Assembly (NCBI GenBank): GCA_964016885.1
Contig: OZ024743.1
Span: 112,406,001 to 112,470,000, forward strand
Length of the DNA stretch: 64,000 nt
Source: Eledone cirrhosa
Taxonomy: Eukaryota
Direction of reading: 5' to 3'
Part shown: positions 14,154 to 26,445 of the stretch, piece by piece
Layout of the letters: every line of letters starts with the position of its first letter
Numbering within the stretch: the stretch's first letter is position 1
The notes under the pieces: generated by a model
What the model saw: the letters and a program-made list of their open reading frames with translations, nothing else
Database searches by the model: none
Told to the model about the DNA's origin: nothing
Made by a program: the position numbers and the translations under genes

Positions 14154-14574
14154 CCTGTGTCAGTGTTGAACAAAAAGGTGACGTGGTTGCCTTAACACCG
14201 TATGGCATAAATTCAGGCTGTTCAGTTTGTTTACAAACGAACAAAGCGACGTTAGCGCCGCTAAACTGATACGTGCATATATGTATGTGTACCTGTATGC
14301 ATATGTATATATATATGTATATATATATATATATGTGCATGCTACTGTACGTCTGTATACATATATGTATGTACGTATACATGCATACTTACATTTAAGT
14401 AAGTGCCATATTAAGAGTGAGAAATGAAATTTCGTTTTCATTTTGTTTCAATTTATCGTTTTCGGTATGCCTGACCGATTTAACTCACTCAATATGCAAA
14501 TTAGGCTGCTCAGCCGTTAATTTTCATAAGGAAAGTATATACTTTCGAACGTTCAACTATCTGGCAGATGGGTA

Positions 14575-14619
14575 AACGGTGCTGATGATAGCTAACAAGC
14601 TTGAAACTAGTACATCGTT
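14575..14619 (+). ncRNA. Minimal type I hammerhead ribozyme, copy 5
   Basis: As copy 1. Confidence 0.8.
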
Positions 14620-15042
14620 CCTGTGTCAGTGTTGAACAAAAAGGTGACGTGGTTGCCTTAACACCGTATGGCATAAATTCAGGCTGTTCAGTTTGTTTAC
14701 AAACGAACAAAGCGACGTTAGCGCCGCTAAACTGATACGTGCATATATGTATGTGTACCTGTATGCATATGTATATATATATGTATATATATATATATAT
14801 ATGTGCATGCTACTGTACGTCTGTATACATATATGTATGTACGTATACATGCATACTTACATTTAAGTAAGTGCCATACTAAGAGTGAGAAATGAAATTT
14901 CGTTTTCATTTTGTTTCAATTTATCGTTTTCGGTATGCCTGACCGATTTAACTCACTCAATATGCAAATTAGGCTGCTCAGCCGTTAATTTTCATAAGGA
15001 AAGTATATACTTTCGAACGTTCAACTATCTGGCAGATGGGTA

Positions 15043-15087
15043 AACGGTGCTGATGATAGCTAACAAGCTTGAAACTAGTACATCGTT
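15043..15087 (+). ncRNA. Minimal type I hammerhead ribozyme, copy 6
   Basis: As copy 1. Confidence 0.8.
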
Positions 15088-15508
15088 CCTGTGTCAGTGT
15101 TGAACAAAAAGGTGACGTGGTTGCCTTAACACCGTATGGCATAAATTCAGGCTGTTCAGTTTGTTTACAAACGAACAAAGCGACGTTAGCGCCGCTAAAC
15201 TGATACGTGCATATATGTATGTGTACCTGTATGCATATGTATATATACATGTATATATATATATATATGTGCATGCTACTGTACGTCTGTATACATATAT
15301 GTATGTACGTATACATGCATACTTACATTTAAGTAAGTGCCATACTAAGAGTGAGAAATGAAATTTCGTTTTCATTTTGTTTCAATTTATCGTTTTCGGT
15401 ATGCCTGACCGATTTAACTCACTCAATATGCAAATTAGGCTGCTCAGCCGTTAATTTTCATAAGGAAAGTATATACTTTCGAACGTTCAACTATCTGGCA
15501 GATGGGTA

Positions 15509-15553
15509 AACGGTGCTGATGATAGCTAACAAGCTTGAAACTAGTACATCGTT
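15509..15553 (+). ncRNA. Minimal type I hammerhead ribozyme, copy 7
   Basis: As copy 1. Confidence 0.8.
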
Positions 15554-15976
15554 CCTGTGTCAGTGTTGAACAAAAAGGTGACGTGGTTGCCTTAACACCG
15601 TATGGCATAAATTCAGGCTGTTCAGTTTGTTTACAAACGAACAAAGCGACGTTAGCGCCGCTAAACTGATACGTGCATATATGTATGTGTACCTGTATGC
15701 ATATGTATATATATATGTATATATATATATATATATGTGCATGCTACTGTACGTCTGTATACATATATGTATGTACGTATACATGCATACTTACATTTAA
15801 GTAAGTGCCATACTAAGAGTGAGAAATGAAATTTCGTTTTCATTTTGTTTCAATTTATCGTTTTCGGTATGCCTGACCGATTTAACTCACTCAATATGCA
15901 AATTAGGCTGCTCAGCCGTTAATTTTCATAAGGAAAGTATATACTTTCGAACGTTCAACTATCTGGCAGATGGGTA

Positions 15977-16021
15977 AACGGTGCTGATGATAGCTAACAA
16001 GCTTGAAACTAGTACATCGTT
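15977..16021 (+). ncRNA. Minimal type I hammerhead ribozyme, copy 8
   Basis: As copy 1. Confidence 0.8.
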
Positions 16022-16350
16022 CCTGTGTCAGTGTTGAACAAAAAGGTGACGTGGTTGCCTTAACACCGTATGGCATAAATTCAGGCTGTTCAGTTTGTTT
16101 ACAAACGAACAAAGCGACGTTAGCGCCGGTAAACTGATACGTGCATATATGTATGTGTACCTGTATGCATATGTATATATATATGTATATATATATATAT
16201 ATATGTGCATGCTACTGTACGTCTGTATACATATATGTATGTACGTATACATGCATACTTACATTTAAGTAAGTGCCATACTAAGAGTCAGAAATGAAAT
16301 TTCGTTTTCATTTTGTTTCAATTTATATATATATATATATATATATATAT

Positions 16351-16490
16351 GGCTGAGCTCAAGCCGTTTCGATGGCTTGAGCTCAGCCGTCGGTGTCTTA
16401 CTGGTTCCTATTACCCACTCTACTACCCTAAGTATTGAGTACTTTGGTGCGTTATGGTCCACCTGGTTCCTTACCATATTTCCTTCGTTA
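16351..16490. mobile_element. Short hairpin-headed dispersed repeat (family also at 41846 and 44098)
   Basis: GGCTGAGCTCAAGCCG..TGGCTTGAGCTCAGCC then TAAGTATTGAGTAC..GGTGCGTTATGGTCCA..TTCCTTCGTTA(TA)n. Confidence 0.7.
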
Positions 16491-16664
16491 TATATATATA
16501 TGTGTGTGTGTGTGTGTGCAGGAGGTTGAGTTTCCTCTTCCTTACTTTTTCCAACCACCTCTCACTTTTTCCCAATCTCATACATCAATCTTAATCTATT
16601 TTTCATATGTTGATTTAAAACTTCACTATTCACAATTGTTTTTTAAGCTTCATATCATGTCTCC

Positions 16665-16737
16665 CTATTTTATCTGATAAGAACGTAGATATCATCCCAT
16701 GATGATATTTGTTTTTGAAATGCGCATAATAAAATAG
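16665..16737 (+). ncRNA. Type I hammerhead ribozyme (C3-A8 mismatch, possibly decayed)
   Basis: ctattttat-CTGATAA-[agatatcatc/gatgatattt hairpin]-GAAA-TGCGCA-TA-ataaaatag; perfect 9-bp stem I. Confidence 0.65.
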
Positions 16738-16764
16738 TTGGAACTCTGTTAACCATGTTTTGAT

Positions 16765-16844
<80 letters not shown>

Positions 16845-16890
16845 TACAATGATATTAAAAAAATGGAAACTATATTTATAAAACCATATT

Positions 16891-16951
16891 TATTCTATTA
16901 TATATATTTCAAGGGTACCAAAACTTTGGTCCGCTATCATCAGATAAAATA
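16891..16951 (-). ncRNA. Type I hammerhead ribozyme
   Basis: tattttat-CTGATGA-..acca aagttt tggt..-GAAA-TATATA-TA-atagaata; same family as 40342/40558. Confidence 0.65.
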
Positions 16952-18017
16952 CGAAGTGTGTTTTATACATTTTGACATAACCAACGAAAATATACCTTAA
17001 CGGTTCATGTTTTCCTTGGATAGTGAAGGGATAAGAGAAGAAAAGTCAGATATTTAAAATTATTAAGATGAGTATGCAAATGAGGTTTAGGTAAAGGGCT
17101 GAACAAAACGTTATTTTAGACGCTATGGAGAATTTAAATAATTATAAGTTTTTGTATACGTAGGAAAGAAGAGAAAGGAAGAAGAGCTAGCATTTACGTT
17201 AATTTGGGGGGAAAAAGTGGAATATGATTCCAGAGTTTGAATTCAAATTTATTTACCTATATTATGAGTTATAACATTGTATATAATCAATTAGATTATA
17301 TGAAGAATTATGGTTGTAAGTATTTTTATCTCATTACATTACGATAGGTTATATGTATATAAATATCTATATAGATTAATAATTATCATTATAGAGATAG
17401 AAATAATTTACAATTATTAGTTGTTTATATATCTAATATGAGTTACGAAGGAAGTTGATTTTGTATTTTACTTTAAAAAATAGATGGTTCAATTTGTGAG
17501 AGGAGAAGAATTTGTAGATTCGTAAATTTTGTTCACCATTGAAAATGTTTTCAGAATATTGTTAATTTAGCGAAGTTATATAGATTATCAAACATAATAT
17601 GTTTATGTTTGCACGATTGAGAAAGGAAAGATAACTCCAATTTTGTTTGTTACCCGTTAAATTTGATGAATGATTTACTCCAAAATATATAGAGAAAATT
17701 ATATATTATTTTGTGTGAGATTATTTTAGTCGAAAGATGTGTAAATGTTTGAATAACAAAAAGAGAGGAAAAACGTAAGTTGCTTTTCGAAGAACTATCG
17801 TAAAGAGGATAAATTTTCAGAATGTCATTTAAAGATTATCAATCTACATCTAAAAAATATATTTAGAGGTGTGTCATTAGAAAAATAATGTCAGAATTAA
17901 AATAAAGTCGGAATTAAAAATATTAAATATATATATTAAAAATATTAGAGATATTTAAAAAATTTAGAAATATTAAAAACTCCCTCTGGTGATGTCCAGC
18001 AGAAGCAAGGGGGACAA

Positions 18018-18059
18018 CCGTCTATGCATTTCAGGCTTAACTGGCCTTCATCAGGACGG
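18018..18059 (-). ncRNA. Minimal type I hammerhead ribozyme
   Basis: Reverse complement of the 18320 motif. Confidence 0.85.
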
Positions 18060-18319
18060 TCCCTCCCACCGCTTGCGACTGTTGGACTAGAAGACAGGCG
18101 AGAATATATAGTTTTCTCGTTTGTGTAAATGAGGTGATTAATCTCATTTGCATATGAAGATGCATAAGTTGGCTCAACTTATATTTCTTTTTTATTATAA
18201 GTTGAGCCAACTCATGCAGCTTCATATGCAAATGAGATTAATCACCTCATTTACACAAACGAGAAAACTATATATTCTCGCCTGTCTTCTAGTCCAGCAG
18301 TCGCAAGCGGTGGGAGGGA

Positions 18320-18361
18320 CCGTCCTGATGAAGGCCAGTTAAGCCTGAAATGCATAGACGG
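18320..18361 (+). ncRNA. Minimal type I hammerhead ribozyme
   Basis: ccgtc-CTGATGA-aggc cagttaa gcct-GAAA-TGCA-TA-gacgg. Confidence 0.85.
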
Positions 18362-18914
18362 ATGTCCCCCTTTCTTCTGCTGGACATCACCAGAGGGCGT
18401 TAGCCCCCCGGTGTTTGCATAGATACGGCTTCCTAAAAGCGTATTTCTTTGGAGATACGAAATATTTATATATATATATATATTCCGGTCCTTGGCAGAA
18501 CGAAAACCTGTTGATAAACTGAATCCTCCGTTCGATCACCAATACCATGAGCTTGCCATTCATGTAAGTCTGATATTTGATTTCGGATTCAAAGAAACAC
18601 TTTAAACGATTGTTCGTTTGATTTGTCCAAGTGTACTTTTCTCAACCTGATTAGTTCTATCGTTACTTTGGTATGTATTGTGTGTTAGTTTCGCCTACCA
18701 CAATGTTCGATTTGTCAAGCTATTTAAACGTATGTTATTACTCTGAGGTCCTATCTTATCGAGTGCTTTGCTAACTCATCATTTCATATAAGTAGGCCGA
18801 ATTTACTTGCAAACCGCCATTGATTCGATTTTACTGATTTCTAATTATATATATATATCAAGAGAGAGAGAGAGGAGGAGGGGAGGGGGGGAGAATTAGA
18901 ATTTAGTTTCGAAC

Positions 18915-19369
<455 letters not shown>

Positions 19370-19435
19370 TAGGTATTGAATTAACAATGAAAATAAAAAC
19401 AAGAAAATCACGTTATTTTACCTATTTATATCAAT

Positions 19436-19553
19436 GTTTTACGATCGTTTCGGAGGGTTGATCATATTGACATATTGTCTGATCTATACCAGTTATAACT
19501 GTATACTGTTAGACCTCATATATAGGATCGATCAAACAGTCTTCTTCAGAAAC
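19436..19553 (-). ncRNA. Type I hammerhead ribozyme with long stem II insertion
   Basis: gttt-CTGAAGA-..ttgatc..~65 nt..gatcaa..-GAAA-CGATCG-TA-aaac. Confidence 0.6.
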
Positions 19554-19627
19554 GATGAAGTTAGAATCTTTATTGGTAGTATATCTATCTACGGTACGGA
19601 CCCTACCACCAAGAGTAGACCACACTG

Positions 19628-19675
<48 letters not shown>

Positions 19676-19986
19676 GGAAATCAGTAAAATCGAATCTCCG
19701 GCGGTTTGCAAGTGAATTCGGCCTACTTATATATATATATATATATATAATATATTTAGAAACACACAGATACATGCGGACACACACATATACATGAATG
19801 CATCCGCACCCAACCGTGAGTTAAGGGTGCCAACTTCACCGATGTTGCTCAATGAATGACTGGGACAGACCAATCCGGTTGAACCAGACTGAACCAGTAT
19901 CAGAGTTAAAAATACATTATGAAGAGAGAAGAAACATTTAGATATAATTAGTAATAAAATGTATCATACCTAAACTGCTCCTAGAT

Positions 19987-20076
19987 TCCTCGACTACGTA
20001 GTTTCGTGGCATAAACAAAAACAATACATCATAAAGATATAGAGTCCTTGCGAGGTCTGCCGACTTATCAAGAGGA
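19987..20076 (-). ncRNA. Hammerhead ribozyme, U3-A8 core variant
   Basis: Reverse complement of the 21549 motif. Confidence 0.7.
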
Positions 20077-20579
20077 TACCTCATTTTACTAGTCTCAAGA
20101 ACGCGTCTCCACAACGTGAGAAAGAATCCCACAAGGCGGAGGGGGAGATAGTCACGCGATATAACGGTCGAGAAACAGAGCTAAGCCTCTTATAACCCCG
20201 AAGAAAATACCACGGAGGCGGAGGGGGTATTTATATCGAAGCCGTAGAAGAGGTGGTGAAGGAGGCGAGAAGTATGAGTAATGAAAGCTTTCCAGCAGTC
20301 CCCACACTTCAAAGATTGCTCGACCAGAGGGAGTTATTAACAATATATTTAGAAACACACAGATACATGCGGACACACACATATACATGAATGCATCCGC
20401 ACCCAACCGTGAGTTAAGGGTGCCAACTTCACCGATGTTGCTCAATGAATGACTGGGACAGACCAATCCGGTTGAACCAGACTGAACCAGTATCAGAGTT
20501 AAAAATACATTATGAAGAGAGAAGAAACATTTAGATATAATTAGTAATAAAATGTATCATACCTAAACTGCTCCTAGAT

Positions 20580-20669
20580 TCCTCGACTACGTAGTTTCGT
20601 GGCATAAACAAAAACAATACATCATAAAGATATAGAGTCCTTGCGAGGTCTGCCGACTTATCAAGAGGA
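20580..20669 (-). ncRNA. Hammerhead ribozyme, U3-A8 core variant
   Basis: Reverse complement of the 21549 motif. Confidence 0.7.
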
Positions 20670-21548
20670 TACCTCATTTTACTAGTCTCAAGAACGCGTC
20701 TCCACAACGTGAGAAAGAATCCCACAAGGCGGAGGGGGAGATAGTCACGCGATATAACGGTCGAGAAACAGAGCTAAGCCTCTTATAACCCCGAAGAAAA
20801 TACCACGGAGGCGGAGGGGGTATTTATATCGAAGCCGTAGAAGAGGTGGTGAAGGAGACGAGAAGTATGAGTAATGAAAGCTTTCCGGCAGTCCCCACAC
20901 TTCAAAGATTGCTCGACCAGAGGGAGTTATTAACAATATATTTAGAAACACACAGATACATGCGGACACACACATATACATGAATGCATCTATATCTTTA
21001 TGATGTATTGTTTTTGTTTATGCCACGAAACTACGTAGTCGAGGAATCTAGGAACAGTTTAGGTATGATACATTTTATTACTAATTATATCTAAATGTTT
21101 CTTCTCTCTTCATAATGTATTTTTAACTCTGATACTGGTTCAGTCTGGTTCAACCGGATTGGTCTGTCCCAGTCATTCATTGAGCAACATCGGTGAAGTT
21201 GGCACCCTTAACTCACGGTTGGGTGCGGATGCATTCATGTATATGTGTGTGTCCGCATGTATCTGTGTGTTTCTAAATATATTGTTAATAACTCCCTCTG
21301 GTCGAGCAATCTTTGAAGTGTGGGGACTGCTGGAAAGCTTTCATTACTCATACTTCTCGCCTCCTTCACCACCTCTTCTACGGCTTCGATATAAATACCC
21401 CCTCCGCCTCCGTGGTATTTTCTTCGGGGTTATAAGAGGCTTAGCTCTGTTTCTCGACCGTTATATCGCGTGACTATCTCCCCCTCCGCCTTGTGGGATT
21501 CTTTCTCACGTTGTGGAGACGCGTCCTTGAGACTAGTAAAATGAGGTA

Positions 21549-21638
21549 TCCTCTTGATAAGTCGGCAGACCTCGCAAGGACTCTATATCTTTATGATGTA
21601 TTGTTTTTGTTTATGCCACGAAACTACGTAGTCGAGGA
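21549..21638 (+). ncRNA. Hammerhead ribozyme, U3-A8 core variant
   Basis: tcctc-TTGATAA-gtcggca..46 nt..tgccac-GAAA-CTACGTAG-TC-gagga. Confidence 0.7.
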
Positions 21639-22141
21639 ATCTAGGAGCAGTTTAGGTATGATACATTTTATTACTAATTATATCTAAATGTTTCTTCTCT
21701 CTTCATAATGTATTTTTAACTCTGATACTGGTTCAGTCTGGTTCAACCGGATTGGTCTGTCCCAGTCATTCATTGAGCAACATCGGTGAAGTTGGCACCC
21801 TTAACTCACGGTTGGGTGCGGATGCATTCATGTATATGTGTGTGTCCGCATGTATCTGTGTGTTTCTAAATATATTGTTAATAACTCCCTCTGGTCGAGC
21901 AATCTTTGAAGTGTGGGGACTGCTGGAAAGCTTTCATTACTCATACTTCTCGCCTCCTTCACCACCTCTTCTACGGCTTCGATATAAATACCCCCTCCGC
22001 CTCCGTGGTATTTTCTTCGGGGTTATAAGAGGCTTAGCTCTGTTTCTCGACCGTTATATCGCGTGACTATCTCCCCCTCCGCCTTGTGGGATTCTTTCTC
22101 ACGTTGTGGAGACGCGTTCTTGAGACTAGTAAAATGAGGTA

Positions 22142-22231
22142 TCCTCTTGATAAGTCGGCAGACCTCGCAAGGACTCTATATCTTTATGATGTATTGTTTT
22201 TGTTTATGCCACGAAACTACGTAGTCGAGGA
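22142..22231 (+). ncRNA. Hammerhead ribozyme, U3-A8 core variant
   Basis: Identical to 21549, 593 nt downstream. Confidence 0.7.
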
Positions 22232-22300
22232 ATCTAGGAGCAGTTTAGGTATGATACATTTTATTACTAATTATATCTAAATGTTTCTTCTCTCTTCATA

Positions 22301-22352
<52 letters not shown>

Positions 22353-22858
22353 CTCAATTCGTCTCATAATTCTGTCTCCGTCGCTGGAAGAAACCAGCTA
22401 TGTTCAGACCTGGAGAGGGGATGGATGGGTCCGCCAGGTTTAATAAGTATGTCATTAACGTGCTCTTACGACTCCATCAGGAGTTATAGATACATACATA
22501 CAATCTGGGTGAGGGGTAAGATGTTGGAGTGGGTGGTTAAAGAAGGGTAGATGTATTGATGGCCATATGAAGGGAGGTGAAATAAAATATGTTAAGGATA
22601 ATGTGGGGGGGGGGGTTAAGAGAGTGATAGGGGAGGTTAAAGGAAGAGTGATATATTGGTGGTTATATATGAAGGGAGGTAAGATGTGATGATGTGAGGT
22701 AAGGTGAGAAGGGGGTGGGTTGGATAGATGAGATGTGAGAGACAGTGAGGTGGTATAGGGAAGAAGTAATGGCAAAGATGTAAAGAATGAAGTGCATTAG
22801 TGCCAGAGCTGTCACCTTACACACAACGTTAATTGCTCAGCTGCAAGACCAATATGTC

Positions 22859-22899
<41 letters not shown>

Positions 22900-23079
22900 C
22901 TGCAGCAAATCCTTGGTAAGTCAAATCATATGAACTACATCATGTGATCATGTGATCATTAATTACGCCACCGTCACCACACCTTATTAACATCTCCAGA
23001 CCACAGCCCTGGATGCTGAATAAAACAGGGTGGCGAAAGCTGATAAGACCACGACTGTGATGAGGGCTGCGATGCCTAT

Positions 23080-23283
23080 GATGATGATGATTGTCATGTT
23101 AATAATGAAGGTGATGTTGATGATAATTGTGATGATGTTGGTGATGACGAAGACGATGACGATGATAATGATGAAAATGGAGGTGGTGACGAAGGTGACC
23201 ATATGGTAATGACAACGATATCGATGGTGGTAATGTTGATGATGACGGTGATGACGATGATGATGATGATGGTGGTGGTGGTA

Positions 23284-23320
<37 letters not shown>

Positions 23321-23341
23321 GGCTGATGGTGATGGTGATGG

Positions 23342-23376
<35 letters not shown>

Positions 23377-23682
23377 TTGGTGGTAATGGTGATGGTGATG
23401 ATCATGATGATGATGTTGATGGTGGTGATGGTGATGGTGATGGTGATGATGGTAGTGGTGATGATGATGATCATCATGATGATGACAACAACGTCGATGA
23501 CGTCGACGACGATGATGATGATGATGATGATGATTATGCTAATGATGAGAGAGAAGGAGGTATAAGCAGAAGATAATTATAATGATGATGTTGTGTATGA
23601 TGATAATGATGATGATGATGATGATGATGAATGTGGTGGCGGCAGCGGTGGCATTGGAAAGCGATGGTGGTAATGGTCATAG

Positions 23683-23761
<79 letters not shown>

Positions 23762-23780
23762 GGTGGTGGTGGTGGTGGAT
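23080..23780. repeat. (GAT)n/(GGT)n low-complexity tract
   Basis: Direct reading. Confidence 0.9.
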
Positions 23781-24061
23781 CTGCTGCTACTATTGGGGCT
23801 CCTGCGCCGTCGGTGGGGGGGGGGGGGAGGCGGTGTTGAGTTAGTGATGCTGGTACAGATGGTGACATTGACGATAACGAATTGCCAATTGGAGGAAGTG
23901 TTGAGGTGGGGTGGGGGTGTTGCAGGGAAAGAACGGCAGGGGACTGTAAAAATAGTAGATGGGGAGTGGGGGACAGGGTGTAACTGTGAAATGTGATTGT
24001 ACGGATATGTCGCCTGAAATAAACTGTCACTCTTCACTGCTTCCTTCCGATGTCAATTAGC

Positions 24062-24096
<35 letters not shown>

Positions 24097-24103
24097 CGTG
24101 TGT

Positions 24104-24230
<127 letters not shown>

Positions 24231-24352
24231 CATACATACATAAATGCGGAACGTCACCGATGAAAAAGAAGTCACGAGAACGATAGAGTACAAGGATGGT
24301 ACATATCAGTTTAACGTGTATATATATATATATATATATAGATATATAGATA

Positions 24353-24454
<102 letters not shown>

Positions 24455-24527
24455 TATATATATGTATAAACACATAGGTAGATATACACACATATATATA
24501 TGTGTGTGAATCTGTATGTATATATAC

Positions 24528-24570
<43 letters not shown>

Positions 24571-24575
24571 TATAA

Positions 24576-24667
<92 letters not shown>

Positions 24668-25029
24668 TTGTGTGCGTGTGTGTGTTTGTACGTATATATA
24701 TATATATACACACACATATATATACGTATATGAATGTATGTATATGTGTTGATAACTGGTTTGATAAATGAACTATCCAACAACATGTTCTGTCTCTGTG
24801 TTTTGCTAATCACAAGAATAATGACTTCTGCTCCTGAAAATACAAATAAGTTGCTCAATATCTAGACAGAACGTCGAATCATATATGGATGACGATAACA
24901 AACTTTAACAGCGACAATCGAATTTACCACCAACAGTACCATCGCCAACACCCCTAGCAGCAACACCACCAATATTGTAAACAAAACTTCCTGCACCAAC
25001 ATCGTCAACACCACCAACGCCATAACACC

Positions 25030-26445
25030 AACACTAATATCGTAAACAACACTTCCAACACCAACATCATTAACACAAATAGCACCAAACACCACCACCA
25101 ACGTCATAACCCCAACACTTCCAACCCCAACATATTCAGCACAAATAACACCAAACCCCACCACCAACGCCATAACACCAGCAGTAATATTGTAAACTAC
25201 ACTTCCAACACCAACATATTCAGCACAAATAACACCAAACCCCACCACCAACACCATAACACCAGCACTAATATTGTAAACTACACTTCCAACACCAACA
25301 TCATCAACACAAATAACACCAAATTCCACCACCAACGCCATAACACCAACACTAATATTGTAAACTACTCTTCCAACACCAACATATTCAGCACAAATAA
25401 CACCAAACCCCACCACCAACGCCATAACACCAGCACTAATATTGTAAACTACACTTCCAACACCAACATCATCAACACAAATAACACCAAATTCCACCAC
25501 CAACGCCATAACACCAACACTAATATTGTAAACTACTCTTCCAACACCAACATATTCAGCACAAATAACACCAAACCCCACCACCAACGCCATAACACCA
25601 GCACTAATATTGTAAACTACACTTCCAACACCAACATATTCAGCACAAATAAGACCAAACCCCACCACCAACGCCATAACACCATCACTAATATTGTAAA
25701 CTACACTTCCAACCCCAACATATTCAGCACAAATAACACCAAACCCCACCACCAACGCCATAACACCAGCACTAATACTGTAAACTACACTTCCAACACC
25801 AACATATTCAGCACAAATAACACCAAACCCCACCACCAACACCATAACACCAGCACTAATATTGTAAACTACACTTCCAACACCAACATATTCAGCACAA
25901 ATAACACCAAACAACACCACCAACGCCATAACACCAGCACTAATACTGTAAACTACACTTCCAACACCAACATATTCAGCACAAATAACACCAAACCCCA
26001 CCACCAACACCATAACACCAGCACTAATATTGTAAACTACACTTCCAACACCAACATATTCAGCACAAATAACACCAAACAACACCACCAACGCCATAAC
26101 ACCAGCACTAATACTGTAAACTACACTTCCAACACCAACATATTCAGCACAAATAACACCAAACCCCACCACCAACACCATAACACCAGCACTAATATTG
26201 TAAACTACACTTCCAACACCAACATATTGAGCACAAATAACACCAAACCCCACCACCAACGCCATAACACCAGCACTAATATTGTAAACTACACTTCCAA
26301 CACCAACATATTGAGCACAAATAACACCAAACCCCACCACCAACGCCATAACACCAGCACTACTCCAACGCCATAACACCAGCACTAATATTGTAAACTA
26401 CACTTCCAACACCAACATATTCAGCACAAATAACACCAAACACCA
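25030..26445. repeat. 84-bp minisatellite (~16 copies)
   Basis: AACCCCACCACCAACGCCATAACACCAGCACTAATATTGTAAACTACACTTCCAACACCAACATATTCAGCACAAATAACACCA periodicity; 28-aa repeat in ORF track. Confidence 0.9.

Larger units (their letters stand above)
12503..16325 (+). mobile_element. Tandem array of 466-468-bp HHR-bearing units (retrozyme / Penelope pLTR-like) with inverted 5' arm
   Basis: Nearly identical units starting at 12711, 13177, 13643, 14109, 14575, 15043, 15509 and 15977 (last one truncated); 12503-12713 is the reverse complement of ~12788-12997; (TA)n on both flanks. Confidence 0.88.
17982..18397. mobile_element. Fold-back element (~200-bp inverted arms), each arm carrying an HHR
   Basis: Near-perfect inverted repeat centred ~18190. 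Confidence 0.85.
19750..22303. mobile_element. Head-to-head inverted array of 593-bp HHR-bearing units (~2.1 units minus, ~2.2 units plus)
   Basis: 593-nt periodicity (19938/20531; 21493/22086), orientation switch at ~20990, (TA)n flanks. Confidence 0.88.

Noticed and set aside
12382-16252. Repeated 60-200-aa ORFs in the 466-bp array
   Set aside because: Built on (TA)n, and frames change with TA slippage between units; no domain recognised
12711-16325. CRISPR-like array
   Set aside because: Whole units are identical with no unique spacers; eukaryotic context and no cas genes
19938-22280. 64-aa and 104-aa ORFs in the 593-bp units
   Set aside because: Non-ATG starts and no recognisable motif; repetition only reflects the array
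22380-22490. HHR-like cores on minus strand (CTGAACA, CTGATGG)
   Set aside because: Core mismatches and no properly placed GAAA-UH
24862-26385. 507-aa repeat protein
   Set aside because: Antisense reading of the 84-bp minisatellite; no independent support
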